From: Okamejei kenojei
Lineage: Eukaryota
NCBI GenBank assembly: GCA_035221665.1
Contig: CM069141.1
Coordinates: forward strand, 15,128,001 to 15,192,000
Length of the DNA stretch: 64,000 nucleotides
Direction: 5' to 3'
In this document: piece after piece, positions 13,678 to 26,124 of the stretch
How the letters are laid out: the number at the start of each line of letters is the position of its first letter
Numbering within the stretch: position 1 is the stretch's first letter
Made by a program: the position numbers and the translations under genes
The notes under the pieces: generated by a model
The model's database searches: none
What the model was told of the DNA's origin: nothing
What the model saw: only the letters and a program-made list of their open reading frames with translations

Positions 13678-13951
13678 CTGTCGTGCTGCTGTCCTTGAGG
13701 AGACTCCCCTTTGAATTGTACCACAGGATGTTGTAAATCTGGCTACTGTTCACATTGCATTCAATCAACACACTTGTTCCTTCTTTCACTATGAGGACAC
13801 GATGTGCTGGTAGTTTCAAAAATAAATTAGATCCTGCATGTGACACACCCCTTTGCACATTTCCAGAACTGTAATTTGCACTGTTGAATAATCCACAAAC
13901 AAGTGTGCAGCCATGAAACATCAAAGTCACTATTAAACCCGAATACTTCAT
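13678..13951 (-). CDS. MFAP3: MFAP3 first coding exon (signal peptide and start of Ig domain)
   Basis: MKYSGLIVTLMFHGCTLVCG...IVKEGTSVLIECNV...ILWYNSKGSLL. The donor CAG|GTAGTG is phase 1 and joins the next exon as G+AT=Asp. 274+800 nt gives 357 aa plus stop. The probable exon acceptor ttgcag| is at 14114-14113, giving 5'UTR 14112-13952. Confidence 0.9.
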
Positions 13952-15149
13952 TGGAGAAGATTAAGATTTTCAACATTTACAATAGTTGCTGCTGTTGTAC
14001 TGCAGGTCCCTTCAACACAATGCAAGTCCTCAAGCACATATACCGTTACTTCAATCACCACATATGGTTTTATCAGGTATTGGTGTGTGTATGTCCAAGA
14101 TCAATTCAAAACCTGCAATTACAAAAATACAGATTTATAAATACATAAGCGATGTGGAATATTCATTGTCACAGATGGCTGTGGAGGCCAAGTCAATGGA
14201 TATTTTTAAAACGGAGATTGACAAATTGTTGATTAGTACGGATGTCAGGGGTTATGGGGAGAAGGCAGGAGAATGGGTTTGGGAGAGGATAGATCAGCCA
14301 TAATTGAATGGTGGAGTAGACTTGATGGGCCGAATGGCCTAGGTCTGCTCCTATAACTTATGAATTTACAAAGAGTCAAGTATCAATAGTGCCACAAATG
14401 TTTCCATTAACATATCATAAAATACTCTTGGATTATTAATATTGCACTTCTTTAGAAATTATGACAAAGTGGTAACTCACTCGCCATTAAACAGTTGGCT
14501 ACTCTCATCATTTAATCAATGGATCTGAGTTACGGACAGGTTCATGGCTGAAATGATCTCACAATTAATAACATTTGCCAGTATATAATTTTGGGAGATT
14601 TCAGGTTTTTTTTTTTAAGTGAGAACAGCATTTCATAAAATTAGAACACAATATTACAATGGTTTTGAGAAGCAGCACTAAAATGATTGGACCGAATCAA
14701 AAATATAAGTAGAATTGTGCAAAGGAAATAAACATATCGCTAATATGGACAGTGCAAATTGTAATAATTAACACAGATTATCATTCATATGAAACTGATA
14801 ATCTATACAATTCCTTAAGGAACTGTGAATTTTGTTTTTGCAAGACAAATAAAATCATGGCCATGTTTACACAACACTTTAGATGTTCCAAAGCTTTATC
14901 ATCATGTTAAAATTAGCAGATTAGTGCTATCTTATCCCAATGCCCCTAAAATAATAAACTAGTTACTCATGGAAACATTACACATATTCCAAGTGTACAC
15001 TTCAAGGGTCAAGAGTGTCGAGTCAATAGTGTTTTATTGTCATATGTCCCGAAATGGAACAATAAAATTCCTACTTGCAGCAGCACAATAGATACGTAAA
15101 CATAGTACTCTGTAATCACAATGGAATCATGTTCTTTACAGTGCATCTC

Positions 15150-17850
15150 AATAGACAATAGGCAAAAGACAATAGGTGCAGGAGTAGGCCATTCAATGTG
15201 ATCATGGCTGATCATCCACAATCAGTACCCCGTTCCTGCCTTCTCCCCATATCCCGACTCCGCTATTTTTAAGAGCCCTATCTAGCTCTCTCTTGAAAGC
15301 ATCCAGAGAACCTGCATCCACCACGCTCTGAGGGAGAGAATTCCACAGACTCACCACTCTCTGTGAGAAAAAGTGTTTCCTCATCTCCGTTCTAAATGGC
15401 TTACTCCTTATTCTTAAACTGTGGCCCCTGGTTCTGGACTCCCCCAACATCGGGACATGTTTCCTGCCTCTAGCGTGTCCAAACCCGTAACAATCTTATG
15501 TGTCTCAATGAGATTGCCTCTCATCCTTCTAAAGTCCAGAGTGTACAAGCCCAGCTGCACCATTTTCTCAGCATATGACAGTCCCCCCATCCCGTGAATT
15601 AACCTTGTAAACCTACGCTGCATTCCCTCAATAGCAAGAATGTCCTTCCTCAAATTAGGAGACCAAAACTGCACACAATACTCCAGGTGTGGTCTCACTA
15701 GGGCTCTGTACGACTGCAGAAGGACCTCTTTGCTCCAATATTCGATTCCTCTTGTTATAAAGGCCAACATGCCATTCGCTTTCTTCACTGCCTGCTGTAC
15801 CTGCATGCTTACTTTCATAGACTGATGTACAAGGACCCCCAGATCCCGTTGTACTTCCCCTTTTCCCAACTTGACGCCATGAGATAGTAATCTGCCTCCT
15901 GTTTTTGCTACCAAAGTGGATAACCTCACATTTATCCACATTAAACTTCATCTGCCATGCATTTGTCCACTACCCCAACCTGTCCAAGTCACCCTGCATT
16001 CTCATAGCATCCTCCTCACAGCTCACACTGCCACCCAGCAAATTTGCTAATGTTACTTCGAATCCTTTCATCCATTGATGTATATTGTAAATAGCTGCGG
16101 TCGCAGCACCGAGCCTTGCGGTACCCCACTAGTCAACCACTTCTCTATCCATGTCAGCACTTTACCCCCAATAGCCTGTGCCCTAATTTTGCCCACTAAT
16201 CTCCTATGTGGGACCTTATCAAATGCTTTCTGAAAGTCCAGGTACACTACATCCACTGCTATCCCTTGTTGATTTTCCTACTTATATCTTCAAAAAATTC
16301 CAGAAGATTAGTCAAGCATGATTTCCCCTTCGTAAATACATGCGACTCGGGCCGATCCTGTTACTGCTATCCAAATGTTCGGCTATCTCATCTTTTATAA
16401 TTGACTTCAGCATCTTCCCCACCACCGATGTCAGGCTAACTGGTCTATAATTCCCTGTTTTCTCTCTCCCGCCTTTCTTAAAAAGTGGGATAACATTAGC
16501 TACCCTCCAATCCACAGGAAATGATCTATAGAACATTGGAATATTATCACCAATGCATCCACGATTTATAGAGCTACTTCCTTAAGTACCCTGGGATGCA
16601 GACCATCAGGCCCTGGGGATTTATCAGCCTTCAGTCCCATCAGTCTATCCAACACCTTTTCCTGCCTAATGTGGATTTCTTTCTGTTCCTCCGTCACCCC
16701 AGATCCTCTGGCCACTACTATATCAGGAAGATTGTTTGTGTCCTCCTTAGTGAAGACAGATCCAAAGTACCTGTTCAATTCATCTGCCATTTCCTTGTTT
16801 CCCATAATAAATTCACCTTTTTCAGTCTTCAAGGGTCCGGCTTTTGTCTTAACTAATTTTTTCCTCTTCACATACCTAAAGAAGCTTTTACTATCCTGCT
16901 TTATATTCTTGGCTAGCTTACCTTCGTACCTCATCTTTTCTCCCCATATTGTCTTTTTGGTTATCTTCTGTTGTTCTTCAAACATTACCCAATCCTCTTG
17001 CCTCCCGCTCATCTTTGCTACGTTGTACTTCTTCGCTTTAATTTTTATACTGTCCCTGGCGTCCCTTGTCGGCCATGGTCGTCCCTTTCTCCCCTTGGAA
17101 TCTTTCTTCCTCCTAGGAATGACCTGATCCCTTGTTCCACTGTCATCCCTGCTCATGTATCTTTCCAGTCAACTTTGGCCAGCTCCTCCCTCGTGGCTCC
17201 ATAGTCCCCTTTATTCAACTGCAACACTGACACGTCCGATCTACACTTCTCCCTCTCCAATTCTAGATTAAACCTGACCATGTTATGGTCACTGCCTCCT
17301 AATGGCTCATTAACCTCGAGGTCCATTATCAAATTTGGTTCATTACATAACACTAAATCCAGAATTGCCTTCTCCCAATACAAGCTGTTCTAAGAATCCA
17401 TCACGAAGGCACTCTACAAAGTCCCTTTCTTGGGGTCCAGTACCAACCTGATTTTCCCAACCTGCATGTTGAAATCTCCCACAACAACACTGCATTACTT
17501 TTGCTACATGCCAATTTTAACTCCTGATTCAACTTGCGCCCTATGTCCAGGCTACTGTTCGGGGGCCTGTAAATTAGTCCCACTAGGGTCTTTTTACCCT
17601 CACAATTCCTTAGTTCTATCCATACTGACTTCACATCTCCTGTTTCAATGTCACCCCTTGCAATGGACTGAATTTCATTCCTCACCAACTGGGCAACCCC
17701 ACCCCCTCTGCCCACCTGTCTGTCTTTTCGATAGGAGGTATACCCTTGAATATTCAGTTCCCAGCCCTGGCCCTCTTGCAGCCATGTCTCAGTAATTCCC
17801 ACATCACACTTGCTAGTTTCTAACTGAGCCTCAGCTCGTCCACTTTATTC
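15150..17850 (-). mobile_element. CR1-clade LINE, near-complete ORF2 (APE + RT) with frameshifts
   Basis: ORF fragments in order: [61 protein letters not shown]. Confidence 0.95.
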
Positions 17851-18273
17851 CTTATACTATAATTCCTTTATATACTATAATTCCACTTTATTCCTTACAC
17901 CATAATGAACAAAAAAAGTTCAGTGTATATTAACAAAATTATAGTGCAAAGACAAAAACAATGCCCCCCCCTCCCCCCAAGTCTATGTAGTTCAGAGCTT
18001 ATTTGAGGTTGGAGTGTTTAATAGCCTGATGAATGTTGGGAGGAAGCTGCTCCTGAACCCAGAGGTTACAGTTTACAGCCTCCCACACCTTCTTCCCGAT
18101 GGCAGGCATGAAATGAGAATGTGGCCAAGGTGGTATGGGTCACTGGCTGCTGTTTCGAGGCAGCGACTTCTGCAGATCCCTTCGATGGTGGGAGGTCAGT
18201 ACCTGTGATGGATTGGGCAGTGTTCACCACTTTTTGCTATCTCGCTTTATGCACTGAAACAAGGTTCCTTCTG

Positions 18274-19291
18274 TAGCGATGTTACAATACTTACCTTCAG
18301 CGGCGCTGCAGTTCTGGGGGGGGGGGGGGGGGGGGTGGGATTAAAATCTGTTTTCTTCTGCCTGTTGGAGTTGAACTTCCTCAGGTTCTTAAGCTGCTGC
18401 AGAAAAAACGTTCCGACTTCCGTTCTCGGAAGTTTTTTTTTTTTTAAAATCGCGGGACAATTTAATCCCTGGAGTAAAATAAAAAGCTACTTCTAACGCC
18501 GACGACGGGACGGATCTCATGTAGGGGACAAAACAAAATGTAAGTCGTTTATTTTACATATAAACTTGCTTCTTAGGATGACTTTAATCAAAATTTCCCT
18601 GGCAATAATGTGATTTTGGCCCCATACGAACCGGCAATGATTTTCCTGCCGATATGGGGTTCCAATTCACTTAAACCGCAATGTTCCAATTGATCGTGTT
18701 CCACAAAAACCCACTCGCAAGATGATTAAAATGCCCATTAATTTATGGGAATTAAATATTAAATTCCTTCCATTTGGCCTATAAATTCATGACAATGAGA
18801 TTTAAAAATCATGTTATATTGTGAATTCTTGTGTGAATGTTATTTGGACACTTAGGCTATTTGTAAATGTTAATCTTTTCTTAAGAAATGGATAGATGTT
18901 TAGATCTAGTAATTGAATTTTGTAATTAGCTAGAATTAGGTAACTATACAATTAGGTAATTATATGCTTTAATTTCAGGTCACCCAAGTAAGATTGTTTC
19001 ATATTTGTTTCAGAATGCTTCATTCTATAATAACTGAAAATTTCATTCAGTTCTCTTAATTTTTAAGAAAGTTATGGGCTTTTGACTGTCCTCGATCACA
19101 GCTTTTGAGTTAAGTCAATTGTAAAGCAATGGGGAACAAGATGCTAATTTCAGAGTATGAAAATGGCCATAACTGTTTTAATACTGAAGATATGTGAATT
19201 AGGTGTCAAATTAAACTTCATTTTATGCTTTATCTGATGAGATAAATTGCAGATTTGATTTTTAAAATCTCAAAATTTTGTAACATTGCTA
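18274..19291. mobile_element. Non-autonomous TIR DNA transposon (1018 bp)
   Basis: TIRs TAGCGATGTTACAA / TTGTAACATTGCTA (1 mismatch), flanked by the direct repeat CCTTCTG (18267-18273, 19292-19298). Confidence 0.85.
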
Positions 19292-20807
19292 CCTTCTGCC
19301 CACTCTGATAAACAAACAGGTTCCAATGCATTGTTTTGAAGAGCATCAAGGTAAATCTTCCCATTGCTTGGCCAAGATGTATCCCTCAACCAACACGACC
19401 AAAACAGATTACCTGGCCCTCTCATTATTGTTTTCTATATTACATTAGTGACTAAGTTTCAGAAGAATGTAGTTCGATGGAGAAAATATTAGCGAAAGGT
19501 GTTATATAAATGAAGTTTTTTTTAAATCTCTCTCTTATTGCAATATGTATTTTACTTATCAAGTTGTGTAAATAGAAATGCTATTTGATTTATCATGACA
19601 TTAATCCATGCTTTTAACTTCTATGGTTTTTATATTTAAAATAAACAAAAGCAACAAATGGATGCCTCGATATATGCGGTTCCTGAAAGATACACAAGCA
19701 ATATAACCTAACAATATAGCTCATATCACAATTCCCAAATAGACTCCCATTACTTTTAACTGATGCTTGGAAAATAAATTCCAAAGATCATTCTAGTTAT
19801 AGGAATGTCAGCCATTACAAAGACTAACCATTAAGATATAGCAGAAAATATCCTTTTCATTCCAATTGTGAGATCTCAACAAAATTGAGGGAGACTTTAG
19901 TGGAAAAGATATTGTAATTTCAATTATAAATTTTAAACACTTACATTTACACGGCACCTTTCATGACCTGGCAATTTTTCTCAGTTTTCTTGGAGTCAAT
20001 TTTCGCACAGCAAGCTGTTAGGAAGACTAATAAGTGATAATGACACAATAATGTATTTGAGAGTTTGTGAGATAAATATTTGCCAATACATTGCAGTTAA
20101 TTCCCTTAATGATATTTGAAATTGTGTCAACAAATCATTTACACCCAACTGGCTTAATGTCTGATCTGAAAGAAGACAGCTGATAGGAAGAAGTGTGCTC
20201 CATAATAAAACGTCACACTATATTTTGTGGTCAAGTTACATGGAAATTTAAACTCGTAAATTAATAATTTTGCTTCCACAAGATCATCATGTCAAACAGA
20301 AAAGGTTTCCATCTGGAAAGCATCATAAAAAAGCATATGAAATTGTTTGATGCAACCGTTGATCTTAAAAACAACAACATAAGAAACAGAAAGGATATGC
20401 ACCATTGGGCCCTTGGAACCTGTTCTGCCATTCAGTAGGTTTAGTATTGGCATGTGAACCATGGTACAGTGAAAACCTTAGTTTTGTATACTATCTAATC
20501 AGATTAGGTATACATACATAAATACAATCAAGTCAAACGCAAGTACAATAGATAGAGAAAACCAGAATACTTTATGACTTTACTTTAGATTGGGTAAAAC
20601 TGTTCCCAAACCAAGCTCTTTGCACCTCGATGGTATACTTTCTATGGTCCTTCAGTAGAAGTTTAGAAGAGTCACTGGAGACATGCCAAATTTCTTAAAG
20701 ACATTTCCCAAATAAGGGTCCCGCCAAAAACGTCGCCTATCAATTATTTCCAGAGATGCCACCTGACCCACTGAGTTACCCCAGCATTTTGTGGCTATCT
20801 TTATGGC

Positions 20808-21150
20808 TAAGATTGTTAAGGGCTTGGACAGGCTAGAGGCAGGAAACATGTTCCCGATGTTGGGGGAGTCCAGAACCAGGGGCCACAGTTTAAGAATAAG
20901 GAGTAAGCCATTTAGAACGGAGACGAGGAAACACTTTTTCTCACAGAGAGTGGTGAGTCTGTGGAATTCTCTGCCTCAGAGGGCAGTGGAGGCAGGTTCT
21001 CTGGATGCTTTCAAGAGAGCTAGATAGGGCTCTTAAAAATAGCGTAGTCAGGTACTGATTGGGGATAATCAGCCATGATCACATTGAATGGCGATGCTGG
21101 CTCGAAGGGCCGAATGGCCTGCTCCTGCACCAATTGTCTATTGTCTATTT
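20808..21150 (+). mobile_element. CR1 LINE 3' end
   Basis: KIVKGLDRLEAGNMFPMLGESRTRGHSL...WNSLP plus 3'UTR. Confidence 0.9.
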
Positions 21151-21749
21151 ATGCTAAATTTCCAGACACCTCAGGAAGTAGAGGCTTTGGTTTGACTTCT
21201 TGGCATCTGAATCAGTGTGCTTTGTCCAAGACAGATCATGGGTAATATTAGCAATATTAGAGGAACATGTAGCTCTCAACCATTTCTACTTCCGCATCAT
21301 TGATGCTGATTGGGACATGTACACCACCATGCTTCCTGAAGGCAATAACTAGCTCTTTTTCCTTGCACTAGCTTCTTCTTCTTAGATCATAAGGCATAGG
21401 TCCTCATCCCATCAGATCTACCCGTTTACATCAATCTTACATTGGTTTCATTTTATTCTCCCCACATTCCCATCAACTCTAACCCGATTCTACTACTCAA
21501 CTATGCATCAGGGGCAATTTGCGGTGGCTAATTAAGCTACCAACATGTATGTCTTCAGGATTCAAGATGGTGCAAGACGACTCTCTACAAACTGGTCCTA
21601 AAGGAGGACCTACTCTGAAGAAGGGTCTTGAACCTAAACGTCACCAATTCCTTCTATCCAGAGATGCTGCCTGTTCGGCTGAGTTACTCCATGATATTGT
21701 GTCTACCCTACTCTTTTAAATCTCTTTTCCATGGAACTGTTGCGCTATA

Positions 21750-21942
21750 CATCCGCTCTTCGACCTACGATGGGGTTATGTTCTGATAAACCCATCGTAA
21801 ACTGGAAATATCGCGTCGAAAACACATTTAATACATTGCGATCACATGAAGCGACGTGCGGCTCGCTGCTGTTGCCGAGCTTTGCCAATCATAAAGTCGA
21901 AATATCGCAAGTCGAAGCATCGTAAATTTCGGGGAGCACCTG
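21750..21942 (+). mobile_element. Tigger/pogo-type MITE
   Basis: Left flank TA; imperfect TIRs C..CGCTCTTCGACCTACGATG / CATCGTAAATTTCGGGGAGCACCTG. A second, noisy copy lies on the minus strand at ~52572-52778. Confidence 0.75.
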
Positions 21943-22179
21943 CACTGCTAAGAACTTTATTCTGCCCTTTGTTCCACCTATTCTACGAGCTCAGTTATTA
22001 ATAAAAATGTTCAAGAATCTGAAATGTCTTTGAAAATAAAAACCGAGCAGCTTTGCCTGATGACGTCACAACGCCCCCCCCCCCCCCCCCTCCCTCGCCG
22101 ACAAAAGATCTTAGCTGAAGACTGCTTCTGCCCAACGGCCGCTCCTTTGGTCGACACTCGCTCGCGCCTTGGCTCTGGT

Positions 22180-22650
22180 CAATCCCCCTCCCCTCTTTCC
22201 CCTCGGCTCAGCCCAGGCCTCCCCACCTCTCTACCCCCTTCCCCCTTCCCCATAACCTCCCCTCACCCATCTCACCCCCCTCCCTTCCCCCTTCTCTCCC
22301 CCTCCCTCCACCCCTCACCCCCGGCTCTCCCCCTTCCTCTCCCCACTCTCCCCTTCCTCTTCCACCCCCACATCTCTCTCCCTGTCCCTTCCACCCTTCT
22401 CTCCCCATCCCCCACTTCTCTTCCCCCCCTCAACCCTCCCTCTCCCCCCCTCGACTCGGCCCGGGTCTCCACCCCACCCTCTCTCTCCCCCTCGGCTCAG
22501 GCCTCTCCCCCCCCCTCCCCCTCTCTGACCCCCTCCTCTCCCACCCCTCTCTCCCCCTCCCCTCACTTCCCCCCTTCTCTTCCCATCTACCCCCCTCCGT
22601 CTCTGCCCCTCTCTCTCTGCCCTCACTCTCTACCCCCCTCCCCCCCTATC
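22180..22650. repeat. Long C/T-rich low-complexity tract
   Basis: About 470 bp dominated by C and T on the plus strand; followed by (GT)n at ~22755-22850. Confidence 0.9.
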
Positions 22651-22780
22651 TAGACCAGCATGTGAGTTAGGTGCTATGCATTAATGGATAGGGCAGGGAT
22701 GGGGTAAATGGAGCCAATAAATAATATTCATATAATATCAAGGGGAGTGGTTACTGTGTGTGGGTGTGTGGGTGTGTGTG

Positions 22781-22836
<56 letters not shown>

Positions 22837-23948
22837 GTTAGTGTGTGTGTCCCGCCACAGATTTGATAGGCAAAGGGGCAAAGGGACAAAGGGACAAACT
22901 TTTTTTTCATGGAACACTGGAGATTAACGGGCGACCTGATAAAAGTATATAAAATTATGAGAGGCATCGATACATTAAACTGTCAGAATCTTTTTCCCAG
23001 AATGGAAATGTCAAAAACTAAAGAGCATGGCTTTAGGGTAAAGAAAGATACACAATACTGGAGTGTGGAGAGAAGGGATGGGTGATGTTTTGGGTCAAGA
23101 CCCTTATTTAGGGTGAGTAGGGCAAGGTTTAAAGGAGATGTGCAGGGCACGTTTTTTATACTGAGGGTGGTGGTTGCCTCGTACGTGCTGCCAGGGGTGG
23201 TGATGGCGGCAGATACGATAGGGGGTTTAAAGGCATTTATACAGGCACATAAATATGCAGGAAATGGGGGGATATGGATCAGATGCAGGCAGATTAGTTT
23301 ATCTTGGCATCATCAGCACAGACATTGTGGGCCGAAGGGCCTGTTCTGTACCTCTTCTGAAGTCCAGACACCGGGCATTCACGTCTGATGATACAGTCGC
23401 CTATAAGAAGTCCAGATACGACCTTGGTAAGGCCATCAAAAAGGCCAAAAGGTACTTCTGCTCCAATCTGGAGGATGAGACAGATGTTCGGCAGCTGTGG
23501 CGGGGCCTGAATGCGATCACTTCCTACAAGGCGAAACCAGGAGGCAGCTCGAATGTCGGCGAAGCATCACTCCCTGACGAGCTCAATAGTTTTACGCACG
23601 CTTTGATACGGAGAATACTGATGTGCCTTCCCGAGCTCCCATTCGCTGTGATGGTATTTCACTCTCAGTCACAGAGGCCGACGTCAGGAAATCCTTCAGA
23701 GGGGTGAACCCTCGAAAAGCGCCTGGACCTGATGGTATACTCGGTCGTGTTCTAAAAACCTGTGTGGACCAACTGGCTGGAGTTTTTAAGGACATTTTCA
23801 ACCTCTCACTTCTGAGGTCTGAGGTCCCCACCTGCTTTAAAAGGGCATCAATTATAGCAGTGCCCAAGAAGAGTAAGGTGACGTGCCTCAATGACTATCG
23901 ACCAGTGGCACTAACGCCTGTGGTGATGAAGTGCTTTGAGAGGTTGAT

Positions 23949-24002
23949 GGGGTGGAAGATTGCAACCTTCACGTGGTCCGCCCTGTTTCGACTAATGCAA
24001 TC
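23949..24002 (+). ncRNA. HDV/CPEB3-like self-cleaving ribozyme (predicted), copy 2
   Basis: GGGGUGG-AA-GAUUGCA-ACC-UUCACGU-GGU-CCGCCCU-GU-UUCG-AC-UAA-UGCAAUC; the putative catalytic C is at 23992. Confidence 0.87.
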
Positions 24003-24102
24003 AACTCAACGTGCACAAACAGAAGATCAAATAGAACAAGTTGTCCAACAACTTTAGGCTGTGCACGCCACACGAAAGAAGAAGAAGAAGAAGAAGAAGA
24101 AG
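23949..24102 (+). mobile_element. Ribozyme-headed short retroposon, copy 2, inserted into a Rex1 ORF
   Basis: Same 126-nt body plus (GAA)~9. It splits the host reading KCFERL|MEQINPYL; no clean TSD is visible. Confidence 0.9.
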
Positions 24103-25514
24103 GAGAAATGGAGCAAATCAACCCCTACCTCGACAAAAACCTGGACCCACTGCAGTTCGCTTACCGCCACAACAGATCAACGGTGGACGCGATCTCGCTG
24201 GCCCTCCACTCCACTCTGGACTACTTGGACAACAAAAACTCATATGTCAGGCTGTTATTCATTGATTACAGCTTGGCATTTAACACAATAATCCCCTCCA
24301 AGCTGGTTACCGAACTCGCAGAACTGGGTCTCTGCGCATCCCTCTGCAATTGGATCCTCGACTTCCTCATTCAGACCACAGTCTGTTCGTATTGGTGGAA
24401 ATGTGTCAGCCTCGATAACAATCAGCACGGGAGCACATCAAGGCTGCGTGCTCAGCCCCCTGCTGTACTCACTCTATACTCATGACTGCGTAGTCGGTCA
24501 CAGTGCGAACTCCATCATCAAGTTCGCTGACGACACCACTGTTGTGGGACGGATCACTGATGGGGATGAGTCAGAGTATAGAAGGGAGATTGATCAACTG
24601 TCCATATGGTGCCAGCACAATAACCTGGCCCTCAACACCAGCAAAACCAAGGAACTGATTGTGGACTTTGGAAGGAGTAGGATGGGGACCCACAGTCCCG
24701 TTTATATCAATGGGTCGACGGTTGAAAGGGGCAAGAGCTTCAAATTCCTGGAGGTGCACATCTCTGAAGATCTTTCCTGGTCCGAGAACACTAATGCAAT
24801 TATCAAGAAAGCACATCAGCGCCTCTACTTCCTGAAAATATTACGGAGTCGGTTTGTCAAGGAGGACTCTCTCTCATTTCTACAGGTGCACAGTAGAGAG
24901 CATGCTGGCCGGTTGCTTCGTGGCTTGGTTCGGCAACTTGAGCGCCCTGGAGAGAAAAAGACTACAAAAAGTAGTAAACACTGCCCAGTCCATCATCGGC
25001 TCTGACCTTCCTTCCATCGAGGGGTTTTACTTTGCAGTCGCTGCCTCAAAAAGGCTGGCTGCATCATCAAGGACCCATACCATCCTGGTCACACACTCAT
25101 CTCCCTGCTACCTTCAGGTAGAAGGTACAGAAGCCTGAAGACTGCAACAACCAGGTTCAGGAATAGGTACTTCCCCACAGCCATCAGGCTATTAAACCTG
25201 GCTCGGACAAAACTCTGATCATTAATAATCCATTATCTGTTATTTGCACTTCATCAGTTTATTTATTCGTGTGTGTATGTATTTATATAATGATATATGG
25301 ACACACTGATCTGTTTTGTAGTAAATGCCTACCATGTTCTGTGTGCTGAAGCAAAGCAAGAATTTCATTGTCCTATCAGGGACACATGACAATAAACTCA
25401 CTAGAACTTGACTTGTGTTCCTGAACTTGACTTGTGTTCACTAGAACTTGACTTGTGTTCACTAGAACTTGACTTGTGTTGGGTCGAAGGGCCTGTTCTA
25501 TTGACGTGTTTTAA

Positions 25515-25805
25515 TAGTCATAGAGTGATACAGTGTGGTAACAGGCCCTTCGACCCAACTTGCCCACACCGGCCTACATGTCCCAGTTACACTTATCCCA
25601 CCCTCTTGCGTTTGGCCCATATCCCTCCTAACCTGTCCTATCCATGTACTTGTCTGTTTCTTAAACGTTGGGATAGTCCCTGCATCAACTACCTCCTCTG
25701 GCAGCTTGTTCCATACACCCACCACCCTTTGTGTGAAAAAGTTACCCCTCAGATTCCTATTAAATCTTTTCCCCTTCATCTTAAACCTATGTCCTCTGGT
25801 CCACG
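25515..25805 (-). mobile_element. CR1/HER1-type LINE 3' end
   Basis: TRGHRFKMKGKRF...FFTQRVVGVWNKLPEEVV, with a tail resembling the V-SINE tail. Confidence 0.85.
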
Positions 25806-26124
25806 AAATAATCCTAATTTCATTCATCTCCTCATTCACACTAAACCTGTTCCCCAAACTGTCTTTGTTTATTTCTATGGAAACTGAAACATAATCTTAA
25901 TTTCTTAATTATTTCCTCTTACGAATAAAACCTACAATCAGTCAGATATATGTCAGTGCAAGATATAAGTCATTTTCAAGCTCTCAGATGTAAAATAGTT
26001 TTCTGAAATTACTTTATTTGAAATAAGGGGAAACAACCAAATACTAATTCCAAATAGACCACAACGCCCATATCCTGCCACAATAAAATCTAGTAACACA
26101 CGGCCCAACATTGCAGACAAAATG

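Larger units (their letters stand above)
23348..25479 (+). mobile_element. Rex1/Babar-clade LINE, 5'-truncated, with 21-bp tandem tail
   Basis: [78 protein letters not shown]. The tail repeats CACTAGAACTTGACTTGTGTT. A probable ~19-bp TSD GGGYCGAAGGGCCTGTTCT lies at 23329-23347 and 25481-25499. Confidence 0.92.

Noticed and set aside
22024-22653. 209-aa Pro/Ser-rich ORF and antisense Gly-rich ORFs
   Set aside because: Translation of a low-complexity C/T tract.
25400-25480. 21-bp repeats here (and the 53-bp array at 26.7-27.0 kb) as a CRISPR array
   Set aside because: No unique spacers, eukaryotic context and no cas genes; these are a LINE tail and a minisatellite.
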